A DNA stretch of 32,000 nucleotides from Methylorubrum extorquens (lineage in GTDB: Bacteria > Pseudomonadota > Alphaproteobacteria > Rhizobiales > Beijerinckiaceae), in contig LT962688.1 of assembly GCA_900234795.1 (NCBI GenBank), forward strand, positions 3,390,001 to 3,422,000. Direction: 5' to 3'. The position numbers were made by a program, and so were the translations under genes. Positions 24,196 through 32,000 of this stretch are shown in pieces. The notes under the pieces are model-generated. The model was not told where the DNA came from. It saw only the letters and a list, made by a program, of their open reading frames with translations, and ran no database searches. The number at the start of each line of letters is the position of its first letter. Positions within the stretch are counted from its first letter, which is position 1.

Positions 24196-25005
24196 ATGAC
24201 CGCTGCTCTCGTCCGAGCGGCCGGGGACCTCGCCGAAGCCATGGCGGGGCTGGACCTCCGGGGGCGCATCCGCCTCGTCGAGGACCGCATCCCGGGCCGG
24301 CTCGTCTTCACCACCAGCCTCGGCATCGAGGACCAAGCGCTCACGCACGCGCTCGCCCTGAATAAGGGCCGCACCGAGATCGTGACGCTCGATACCGGCC
24401 GGCTCTACCCCGAGACCTACGACGTCTGGACCGAGACGGAGGCCGCCTACGGCATCCGCATCCGCGCCTATGCGCCGGAGCGGGTGGCTGAGGAGGAGTT
24501 CGTCGCGCGCGAAGGCATCAACGGCTTCCGCCATTCGGTGGCCGCGCGGCAGGCCTGCTGCGGCTTCCGCAAGGTCGAGCCGCTGGGCCGGGCGCTCACC
24601 GGCGCGGCGGCGTGGTTCACGGGGCTGCGCGCCGGGCAATCCGCCAACCGCGCGGACACGCCGCTGGCGGAGGCCGACGAGGGCCGCGGGTTGATCAAGG
24701 TCAACCCGCTCGCCGACTGGTCGCGCGCCGACGTCGATCGCTTCGTGCGCGAGAACTTCATTCCCTACAACACGCTGCACGACCGCGGCTTCCCCTCGAT
24801 CGGCTGCGCGCCCTGCACCCGCGCCGTGAAGGTCGGCGAGGACGAGCGGGCCGGCCGTTGGTGGTGGGAGCAGGAATCCAAGAAAGAGTGCGGCCTGCAC
24901 CTGCACAGGCCGGAAGGTGACGTGGCGCCCGGACAGGAGGCCGCCGCCTTCGAGGAGCCGGCCAGCGCCGCGACCTCACGCGAACACAGAAAGGAACTGG
25001 TCTGA
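24196..25005 (+). CDS. cysH: Phosphoadenylyl-sulfate reductase family protein, Fe-S (APS reductase-type) CysH
   Basis: [11 protein letters not shown], the C-terminal ECGLH motif, and the Cys pairs CCGFRK and GCAPC that mark the 4Fe-4S-containing APS-reducing subclass. Confidence 0.9.
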   Translation: MTAALVRAAGDLAEAMAGLDLRGRIRLVEDRIPGRLVFTTSLGIEDQALTHALALNKGRTEIVTLDTGRLYPETYDVWTETEAAYGIRIRAYAPERVAEEEFVAREGINGFRHSVAARQACCGFRKVEPLGRALTGAAAWFTGLRAGQSANRADTPLAEADEGRGLIKVNPLADWSRADVDRFVRENFIPYNTLHDRGFPSIGCAPCTRAVKVGEDERAGRWWWEQESKKECGLHLHRPEGDVAPGQEAAAFEEPASAATSREHRKELV

Positions 25006-25934
25006 TGAGCGCTGCCGTCGCCGCGCCCGCGCGCACCCGCCTGACGCATCTCCAGCGTCTCGAGGCCGAGAGCATCCACATCTTCCGGGAGGCGGTCGCC
25101 GAGGCCGAGAACCCGGTGATGCTCTACTCGATCGGCAAGGATTCGTCGGTGCTGCTGCACCTGGCGCTCAAAGCCTTCGCGCCGGGGCGCCTGCCGTTCC
25201 CCCTGATGCACATCGACACGACCTGGAAGTTCCGCGAGATGATCGCCTTCCGCGATCGGCGCGCCAAGGAGCTCGGGCTCGAACTCATCGTGCACACGAA
25301 TCAGGACGGGCTTGCCAAGGGCGTCGGCCCGGTCAGCCACGGCTCGGAAGTGCATACCGACGTGATGAAGACGCAGGCCCTGCGGCAGGCGCTCGACAAG
25401 TACAAATACGACGTGGCCTTCGGCGGCGCCCGCCGGGACGAGGAGGCCAGCCGCGCTAAGGAGCGCATCGTGAGCCTGCGCAACGGCCAGCACCGCTGGG
25501 ACCCGAAGCGCCAGCGCGCCGAGCCGTGGCACCTCTACAATTTCAAGAAGCGGCGCGGCGAGAGTTTTCGCGTGTTCCCACTGTCCAACTGGACTGAGCT
25601 CGATATCTGGCTCTACATCGAGCAGGAAAACATTCCGATCGTCCCGCTCTACTTCGCCGCCGAGCGCCCGGTAGTGGAGCGTGACGGCCAGTTGATCATG
25701 GTCGATGACGAGCGCTTTCCGCTGGAGCCGGGCGAGACCCCGCAACAGCGGCAGGTCCGGTTCCGCACGCTCGGCTGCTACCCGCTGACCGGCGCGGTCG
25801 AGAGTCCGGCCGCGACCCTGCCGGAGATCATCGGCGAGACGCTGGCCGCCCGCACCTCGGAGCGCCAGGGCCGGGTCATCGACAAGGACGGCGCCGGCGC
25901 CATGGAGCGCAAGAAGCAGGAGGGCTATTTCTGA
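25005..25934 (+). CDS. cysD: Sulfate adenylyltransferase subunit 2
   Basis: [56 protein letters not shown] and [10 protein letters not shown] are canonical CysD motifs. The ATG overlaps the cysH stop (TGATG). Confidence 0.95.
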   Translation: MSAAVAAPARTRLTHLQRLEAESIHIFREAVAEAENPVMLYSIGKDSSVLLHLALKAFAPGRLPFPLMHIDTTWKFREMIAFRDRRAKELGLELIVHTNQDGLAKGVGPVSHGSEVHTDVMKTQALRQALDKYKYDVAFGGARRDEEASRAKERIVSLRNGQHRWDPKRQRAEPWHLYNFKKRRGESFRVFPLSNWTELDIWLYIEQENIPIVPLYFAAERPVVERDGQLIMVDDERFPLEPGETPQQRQVRFRTLGCYPLTGAVESPAATLPEIIGETLAARTSERQGRVIDKDGAGAMERKKQEGYF

Positions 25935-27343
25935 TGACCATCCATCAGTCTCCGGAAGCGTTCGGCTACGACGCCTTCCTGCGTCAGCACCAGAACAAGG
26001 AAGTCCTGCGCTTCATCACCTGCGGCTCGGTCGATGACGGCAAGTCCACCCTGATCGGGCGGCTCCTGCACGACACCAAGCAGATCTTCGACGATCAGGT
26101 GACGGCGCTCCAGCGCGATTCGCGCAAGCACGGCACGCAGGGCGGCGAGGTCGATCTCGCGCTGCTGGTCGACGGGCTTCAGGCCGAGCGCGAGCAGGGC
26201 ATCACCATCGATGTCGCCTACCGCTTCTTCTCGACCGACCGGCGCTCCTTCATCGTCGCCGACACCCCCGGCCACGAGCAGTACACCCGCAACATGGCGA
26301 CCGGCGCCTCGACTGCCGACCTCGCCGTGATCCTGGTGGACGCCCGCCACGGGCTGACCCGCCAGAGCCGGCGCCACGCGCTGCTGGTCTCGCTGCTCGG
26401 CATCCGCCGCGTCGCGCTCGCCATCAACAAGATGGATCTCGTCGGCTGGTCGCAGGACAAGTTCGAGGCGATCGTCTCCGGCTTCCAGGCATTTGCCGCG
26501 CCGCTGAACTTCACCGAGGTGCGGGCGATCCCGCTCTCGGCCAAGAACGGCGACAACGTCGTCCTGCCGGGCACCGCCGCGACCTGGTACACGGACGTTC
26601 CGCTGCTGCGCTATCTCGAAGAGGTGCCGGTGAAGTCGGAGGAGCGCGCCGCCGCCTTCCGCATGCCGGTGCAGTGGGTGAACCGTCCGAATTCCGACTT
26701 CCGCGGCTTCTCGGGGCTGATCGCCTCGGGCTCCGTCGCGCCGGGCGATGCCGTCACCGTCGCGCCCTCCGGCAAGACCTCGACGATCGCCCGCATCTTC
26801 ACCGCCGACGGCGATCTGCAGCGGGCGAGCGAGGGCCAGTCGGTCACGCTGGTGCTCGCCGACGAGGTCGATGCCTCCCGCGGCGCGGTGATCGCGACTT
26901 CGGACGCGCCGTTGACGCTGACCGACAGCCTCGACGTGCGCCTGTTCTGGGCCGCCGAATCCGATCTCGTCCCCGGCGCCAACCTGTGGGCGAAGGTCGG
27001 CACGCAGACCGTCAACGCGGTGGTGAAGGCGGTGCATCGCCGGATCGATCCGGAGACGGGACAGGCCGGCCCCGCGGACAAGCTCGCGGTCAACGACATC
27101 GGCGACGTGACGCTGACCCTCGACCGGCAGATCGCGGTCGATGCCTATGCCGAGAACCGCGACACCGGCAGCCTGATCCTGATCGACCGTGAGACGACCG
27201 ACACGGCCGCGCTCGGCCTCGTGCAGAGGGTCGTTGCGTCGAGCAAGGTCGCTCCGGCGCCGACCGCGTCTGTGACGGCTTCGGCGGAGCCCGCACGTAG
27301 CGGCGGTTTGCTGGCCGGCCTCAAGCGGCTGTTCGGCGGATAA
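25934..27343 (+). CDS. cysN: Sulfate adenylyltransferase subunit 1 (GTPase), without a fused APS kinase domain
   Basis: 469 aa. GTPase motifs GSVDDGKST, DTPGHEQY and NKMD, followed by EF-Tu-like beta-barrel domains. There is no CysC-like P-loop domain at the C-terminus. The ATG overlaps the cysD stop (TGATG). Confidence 0.93.
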   Translation: MTIHQSPEAFGYDAFLRQHQNKEVLRFITCGSVDDGKSTLIGRLLHDTKQIFDDQVTALQRDSRKHGTQGGEVDLALLVDGLQAEREQGITIDVAYRFFSTDRRSFIVADTPGHEQYTRNMATGASTADLAVILVDARHGLTRQSRRHALLVSLLGIRRVALAINKMDLVGWSQDKFEAIVSGFQAFAAPLNFTEVRAIPLSAKNGDNVVLPGTAATWYTDVPLLRYLEEVPVKSEERAAAFRMPVQWVNRPNSDFRGFSGLIASGSVAPGDAVTVAPSGKTSTIARIFTADGDLQRASEGQSVTLVLADEVDASRGAVIATSDAPLTLTDSLDVRLFWAAESDLVPGANLWAKVGTQTVNAVVKAVHRRIDPETGQAGPADKLAVNDIGDVTLTLDRQIAVDAYAENRDTGSLILIDRETTDTAALGLVQRVVASSKVAPAPTASVTASAEPARSGGLLAGLKRLFGG

Positions 27344-27360
27344 GACCCTCACGGTAAAAC

Positions 27361-27384
27361 CCCTCTCCCCTATGCGGGAGAGGG
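27361..27384. repeat. REP-like hairpin downstream of cysN (probably also its terminator)
   Basis: ccctctccc-ctatgc-gggagaggg, flanked by aaaac and ttt. It is identical at 23 of 24 positions to 21400-21423. Confidence 0.55.
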
Positions 27385-27420
27385 TTTGGCGCCCGGCGTC
27401 CGCCCCGCTAGAACCACCCC

Positions 27421-28461
27421 ATGACCTCCGCCCCCGACCCGGCCGCCGACGTGTACGAGGGCCGGGACGGCTGGCTGTTCCTGATCCGCGGCAACAACCG
27501 GGTGCTGGAACAATATGGCCGGCCGGGCGTCTCGCGGCGGACGCTGTGGCGCTGGCGGCGGATCATCGAGACCCGCATGCGGCGCTGCGCCCGGCTCGGC
27601 GCGAGCTATTTCCACGCCCTCGCCCCGGAAAAGCTCACCGTCTATCCCGAGTGGGCCGAGGGGCTGGCCTTCGATCCGGCCCGCGCCCCGGCGCTCCGGC
27701 TTGCCCGCTGGCTCACCGCCTCGCCGGGCGCCCGCGCCTGGGTCGATCTCACCGGCGCCTTTCGCGCGGCGAAGGACGGCCCACCGCTCTACCTGCGCAC
27801 CGATACCCACTGGACGCATCAAGGCTGCGTGCTGGCCTACCGCACGATCCTGGCGCGGATGGGCGTGCCCCCGCGCGACGACATCGAGGCCCGGCGCGAG
27901 CGCATCGCCCTCCCCTTCACGGGTGATCTCGGCCTCAAGTTCATGCCTCACCGTTCGGAGTTGGCGGAAGGCAGCGCGATCGCGGGCGAGGCCCGGCGCA
28001 TCCACGCCAACGACCTGCTCTTGGAGATGGAAGCGCTCGGGCGCGGCGGCGACGCCCATCTCGGCGCGCATGCGGTGTTCCGCAACGACGATCCAGGGGC
28101 CGATCCGCGCCGCCTCGTGATCTTCGGCGATTCCTACGCGCAGCACACCCCCCACAGCCCGGTCGCGACGCTCACCGCGCTCTTCGCCGACACCTTTCGC
28201 GAGGTGCATTTCCTGTGGTCGACGGGGATCGACTGGCACTATCTCGACGCCGTCCGCCCCGATTTCGTCCTGGGCGAGATGGCCGAGCGCTTCGTGATCG
28301 ACCTGCCGCCGCACGGCATCCGGATCGAGCGGCTCGCGGAACTGGCCCGCGAGCGCAAGCTGATGGGCGAGATCACGGCAGCGGATTCGCGCTCACCCGC
28401 ACCGCCTCCGCCTGACGCGCCCGCATCCGCGCCTGAAGCCGCTGACGCCGTGCCGCGATGA
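27421..28461 (+). CDS. AlgX/AlgJ-type SGNH-like protein (putative O-acyltransferase/esterase family), no leader
   Basis: GRDGWLFL near the N-terminus, LAPEKLTVYPE, LYLRTDTHWTHQG, VIFGDSYA and RPDFVLGEMAERF match the AlgX_N/AlgJ pattern as I recall it. No signal peptide or TM segment in the ORF. Confidence 0.65.
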   Translation: MTSAPDPAADVYEGRDGWLFLIRGNNRVLEQYGRPGVSRRTLWRWRRIIETRMRRCARLGASYFHALAPEKLTVYPEWAEGLAFDPARAPALRLARWLTASPGARAWVDLTGAFRAAKDGPPLYLRTDTHWTHQGCVLAYRTILARMGVPPRDDIEARRERIALPFTGDLGLKFMPHRSELAEGSAIAGEARRIHANDLLLEMEALGRGGDAHLGAHAVFRNDDPGADPRRLVIFGDSYAQHTPHSPVATLTALFADTFREVHFLWSTGIDWHYLDAVRPDFVLGEMAERFVIDLPPHGIRIERLAELARERKLMGEITAADSRSPAPPPPDAPASAPEAADAVPR

Positions 28462-29329
28462 CCGTGCCGTTGATCTCACCGCCGAACAGGAACATCGCCG
28501 CGAGCCAGTAGAGGAACACGAGGAAGATCATCGCCGTGGCGAGGCCCCCGTAGGTCGAGGCGTAGGCGTTCGAGAAGCGGTCGAGATAGTAGCCGAAGCC
28601 GAGGCCGGCGAGGAACCACAGACACAGCGTCACGATGATGCCCGGCAGCACCGACAGCACCGGCCGCCGCCCGGCCGCGACGAATTTATGCGCGATCACC
28701 AGCACCAGTGCGATCAGGAAGGCGGTGACGCCGATGCGGCCGATGGCGACGGTGAGCGCCAGCGGCTCCAGCCCCGGCGCGACGAAGACGAGCTGACGCC
28801 AGATCAGCGGCCCGAGCACCACAAGCAGCGCGAAGGCCAGCATCGCGAGGGCGCCGCAGACGACGTAGCCGATCGATTCGAGCCGGGTGAGCCACCACGG
28901 CCGCGCCTCGCGGATGCCGTAGGCCCGGTTGAGCCCGACCCGCAGCGACTCGACCCCCGAAGACGAGAAGTAGAGCGCCAGCAGCGCGCCGAGGGTCAGC
29001 ACGCCGCCGCGCTGCTCGGTGAGCAGGCGGTGCACCTCGCCGACGATGGGTTTGGCCACCTCCCGCGGCACCGCGTCGAAGATTAGTGTGCCGGCCTCGT
29101 CCGCCAGCGACTTGCTGCCGATCAGGCCGGCCAGCGCCGCGAGCAGAATCAGGAACGGAAACAGCGAGGTCAGCATCGACAGCGCGATGTGGCTGGCGAT
29201 CGCCCAGCCATCATGGGCGACGAAGCGCTGCGCGGCGATGCCCGTCACGTCGAGGATCTTCTTGAATCGGCTCAAGGGAGGAGATGGCTTCTTCGGCTGA
29301 GTCGAGGCGGGCCGCTCCATACGGGCCAA
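28373..29329 (-). CDS. YihY/BrkB family inner-membrane protein
   Basis: 318 aa. RFVAHDGWAIASHIALSMLTSLFPFLILL and about six hydrophobic helices are typical of the YihY (formerly RNase BN) family. Confidence 0.85.
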   Translation of the reverse strand: MARMERPASTQPKKPSPPLSRFKKILDVTGIAAQRFVAHDGWAIASHIALSMLTSLFPFLILLAALAGLIGSKSLADEAGTLIFDAVPREVAKPIVGEVHRLLTEQRGGVLTLGALLALYFSSSGVESLRVGLNRAYGIREARPWWLTRLESIGYVVCGALAMLAFALLVVLGPLIWRQLVFVAPGLEPLALTVAIGRIGVTAFLIALVLVIAHKFVAAGRRPVLSVLPGIIVTLCLWFLAGLGFGYYLDRFSNAYASTYGGLATAMIFLVFLYWLAAMFLFGGEINGTVIAARRQRLQARMRARQAEAVRVSANPLP

Positions 29330-29427
29330 TGGGTGGTGCGCGTCAATCTCGGGCGCAAGCCGAGCATGGCCGCCCTCAGGTTTCTCCGATTGCCATGAGG
29401 TCGGTTGCGTGCTGCCTGCCGGGCGCC

Positions 29428-30318
29428 ATGTCGAGCCTTCTCTCCAGCCTGATCCCGGCCGCCTTCGTCTTGATCTGGGCGAGCGGCTTCGTCGCTGCCC
29501 GCTACGTGGCGCCCTATGCCGAGCCCTTGGCCTTCGTCGCCCTGCGGCTGGCCCTGGTCGCGCTCGTTCTGGCCGGCATCGCCGGCGTCCTGCGCGCGCG
29601 ATGGCCGCGCAATGCCGCCGGCTGGCGCGACGGGATGGTCGCGGGCGTGCTGATGCAGGGCATCTACGTCGCCGGGGTGTTCTGGTCGGTGCATCGCGGC
29701 CTGCCCGCCGGCATCGCGGCCCTGGTCGGCAGCCTCCAGCCGCTCCTCACCGCGGCCGCCTCGCAGCCGCTGCTCGGCGAGCGGGTCGCGCCCCGACGCT
29801 GGGCCGGCATCGGGCTCGGTTTCCTCGGCGCGGGGCTGGTGCTCACGCCGAAGCTCGGGGCGGTCGATGCTGCCGGCATCCCGCTGGAGGCGCTCGCGGT
29901 GTGCCTCGCCGCGATGCTGGCGATGACCGCGGGCACGCTGTGGCAGAAGCGCAGGGGTGCGGGCGCCGACCTCGTCACCAATGCCTGCCTGCAATTCATC
30001 GGCGGTACCGCCTTCGCGATCCCGCTCGCTCTGATCGCCGGTGAGACGCATCTGAGCCCGAGCCTGCCCCTCGGCCTCGGCATGGCGTGGTCGGTCCTCG
30101 TCAACTCGGTCGGCGGCATCCTGCTGCTGCTGGCGCTGATCCGGCGCGGCGCAGTGGCCGGCGTCGCCTCGCTGCTCTTCCTCGTGCCGCCGGTTTCGGC
30201 GGCAATCGCCTACGTGATGTTCGGCGAGGCGCTGACCCCGGTGCAGATCGCCGGCATGGTGGTGGCGGCCGCCGGAGTCGGCTTGGCGAGCGGACCCCAG
30301 GGACGCGCAACACGGTGA
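29428..30318 (+). CDS. DMT superfamily (EamA-like) transporter
   Basis: About 10 predicted TM helices in two EamA-like halves (IPAAFVLIWASGFVAARY ... ; ... LLFLVPPVSAAIAYVMFGE). The start is uncertain: ATG at 29428 is preferred and 29395 is possible. The 5' 48 codons of the track ORF are non-membrane and Arg-rich. Confidence 0.8.
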   Translation: MSSLLSSLIPAAFVLIWASGFVAARYVAPYAEPLAFVALRLALVALVLAGIAGVLRARWPRNAAGWRDGMVAGVLMQGIYVAGVFWSVHRGLPAGIAALVGSLQPLLTAAASQPLLGERVAPRRWAGIGLGFLGAGLVLTPKLGAVDAAGIPLEALAVCLAAMLAMTAGTLWQKRRGAGADLVTNACLQFIGGTAFAIPLALIAGETHLSPSLPLGLGMAWSVLVNSVGGILLLLALIRRGAVAGVASLLFLVPPVSAAIAYVMFGEALTPVQIAGMVVAAAGVGLASGPQGRATR

Positions 30319-30480
30319 ACTGTATGATGAATTCAGCCTAAAGACGGGGGATGCGGCGATGAGAAACCACTATTGTGCCGGCGATCGGGGCTATAAAGGA
30401 AGCATCTAACCGGTTTCCTGAGAACCGCGCTCCGTCACGCCAGCCACTTCGGCGCGGAGCGCCTGAGAAGAGAGTCGCAC

Positions 30481-32000
30481 ATGGCCGCTTCCCCCGCCGT
30501 CCAGCCCGCCAACGACCCGACCGATTTCGTCGCCCTGGCCAAGGACGCCGCCGCGGGCGCCAAGGCCCTCATCGCCGAGGCGACCGCCCGCGTGAAGGCG
30601 CGGGTGACGGGCCCCGAGGGCAAGCTCGACGCGGGCGCGCTGGAGCGCGAGCAGCACGCCGCCCACGGCCTGTCCTGGCTCGCCACCTACGGCGAAGCGG
30701 TGCGCGAACTCGCCGATTACGCCGAGCGGCTTCAGGGCGAGGGCAGCTTCGGCGAGACCGAAGCGCTGCTCGTGAAGATCGGCGTCGGCGAATATCTCGA
30801 CCAGATGTTCGGCGGCATCCCGATGAGCCAGGGCGAGATGGTCCGCCCGACCGCGCTCGGCTTCACCGCCGCCGAACTCGCTGGCCTGCGGACGCCGGCC
30901 ATCGACGCCATGGTGGCCGAGGGCAACACGCCCGCCAACCGCGCCGCGCTGGTGGCCAAGATCCGCGAGGCTACGAGCGCGGGTGCGGCGACCATCGGCG
31001 CTTCGGGCCTCGACGAGGACATGGAGGCGATCCGCTCCGAGATGCGCCGCTTCGGCAAGGCCGAGGTGGTGGAGCAGGCCCACGAGTGGCACCTGAAGAA
31101 CGCCTACATCCCGATGTCGATCATCGAGAAGATGGCCGAACTCGGCGTGTTCGGCCTCACCATTCCCGAGGAATACGGCGGCATGGGCATGCCGAAGGCC
31201 GCGATGTGCGTGGTCTCGGAGGAGCTGTCGCGCGCCTATATCGGCGTCGGCTCGCTCGGCACCCGCTCGGAGATCGCCGCCGAGCTGATCCTGTGCGGGG
31301 GCACCGAGGAGCAGAAGCAGCGCTTCCTGCCGGGCATCGCCAGCGGCGACATCCTGCCGACCGCCGTCTTCACCGAGCCGAATACCGGCTCCGACCTCGC
31401 GAGCTTGCGCACCAAGGCCGTCAAGGACGGCGACCAGTGGAAGATCTCGGGCAACAAGACCTGGATCACCCACCCCGTGCGCGCCGACATCATGACCGTG
31501 CTCGTGCGGACCAAGCCCGAGGAGAAGGGCCATCGCGGCCTCTCGATGCTCATCGCCGAGAAGCCCCGTGGCACGGACGAGGAGCCCTTCCCGGTCGAGG
31601 GCCTGTCGGGCGGCGAGATCGAGGTGCTCGGCTACCGCGGCATGAAGGAGTACGAACTCTCCTTCGAAGACTTCGCGGTGCCGGCCAACAATCTGCTCGG
31701 CGAGATCGAGGGCAAGGGCTTCGCCCAGCTCATGCAGACCTTCGAGTCGGCCCGCATCCAGACCGCGGCCCGCGCCATCGGCGTGGCGCAGTCGGCCCTC
31801 GATATCGGCCTGCGCTACGCCGAGGAGCGGGTGCAGTTCGGCAAGGCGCTGGTCGAGTTCCCGCGGGTGGCCGACAAGCTCGCGATGATGGCGGTGGAGA
31901 TCAACATCGCCCGCCAGCTCACCTACTTCTCCGCCCGCGAGAAGGACGAGGGCAAGCGCTGCGATCTCGAGGCCGGCATGGCCAAGCTGCTCGGCGCCCG
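30481..32000 (+). CDS. Acyl-CoA dehydrogenase with an approx 180-aa N-terminal extension (5' part, continues past the window). The architecture resembles methylsuccinyl-CoA dehydrogenase.
   Basis: Not in the ORF track because there is no stop within the window. I translated it by hand from the ATG at 30481 and found no stops, with GC-rich third positions. The ACAD core starts near aa 181: EAIRSEMRRFGKAEV..., GVFGLTIPEEYGGMGM, TEPNTGSDLASLRT, WKISGNKTWIT, ARIQTAARAIGVAQSALD and YAEERVQFGK. Confidence 0.88.
   Translation, partial: MAASPAVQPANDPTDFVALAKDAAAGAKALIAEATARVKARVTGPEGKLDAGALEREQHAAHGLSWLATYGEAVRELADYAERLQGEGSFGETEALLVKIGVGEYLDQMFGGIPMSQGEMVRPTALGFTAAELAGLRTPAIDAMVAEGNTPANRAALVAKIREATSAGAATIGASGLDEDMEAIRSEMRRFGKAEVVEQAHEWHLKNAYIPMSIIEKMAELGVFGLTIPEEYGGMGMPKAAMCVVSEELSRAYIGVGSLGTRSEIAAELILCGGTEEQKQRFLPGIASGDILPTAVFTEPNTGSDLASLRTKAVKDGDQWKISGNKTWITHPVRADIMTVLVRTKPEEKGHRGLSMLIAEKPRGTDEEPFPVEGLSGGEIEVLGYRGMKEYELSFEDFAVPANNLLGEIEGKGFAQLMQTFESARIQTAARAIGVAQSALDIGLRYAEERVQFGKALVEFPRVADKLAMMAVEINIARQLTYFSAREKDEGKRCDLEAGMAKLLGA

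Overview
High-GC (about 70% by eye) alphaproteobacterial chromosome segment. Gene content, the ybbN / LON-domain / trm112 synteny and the CCCTCTCCC..GGGAGAGGG hairpin repeats look Rhizobiales / Methylobacterium-like, but the taxon is an inference. I call about 31 tightly packed CDSs. I found no rRNA, tRNA, CRISPR array, transposase, integrase or phage gene, so this reads as core chromosome rather than an accessory island. Contents in order: (1) a di-PilZ protein, two tandem BTLCP (LapG-family) periplasmic cysteine peptidases and an orphan PAS histidine kinase; (2) a Tim44-like membrane protein; (3) trm112-like, LON-N-domain and ybbN genes; (4) a redox / electrophile set: yqjG glutathionyl-hydroquinone reductase, an OYE flavin oxidoreductase and an MDR NADPH oxidoreductase; (5) three exported proteins of unknown function: DUF2233, a very glycine/arginine/aromatic-rich protein, and DUF4174; (6) ssb preceded by an alphaproteobacterial SOS box; (7) an XRE-cupin regulator and panC; (8) a TonB-dependent receptor behind a 32% GC promoter patch; (9) a complete assimilatory sulfate-reduction cluster, lrp-cysJ-cysI divergent from cysH-cysD-cysN; (10) an AlgX/AlgJ-like protein, YihY, an EamA transporter and the 5' part of an acyl-CoA dehydrogenase with a long N-terminal extension. 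I see no clear-cut novel multi-gene system and no defence-island hallmarks. The best candidates for follow-up are the PilZ + duplicated BTLCP + PAS-kinase neighbourhood, the secreted RGG/FG-type low-complexity protein and its exported neighbours, the REP-like hairpin family that splits cysJ from cysI, and several candidate operators. Many very long ORFs in the track are antisense artefacts of high GC and were rejected.
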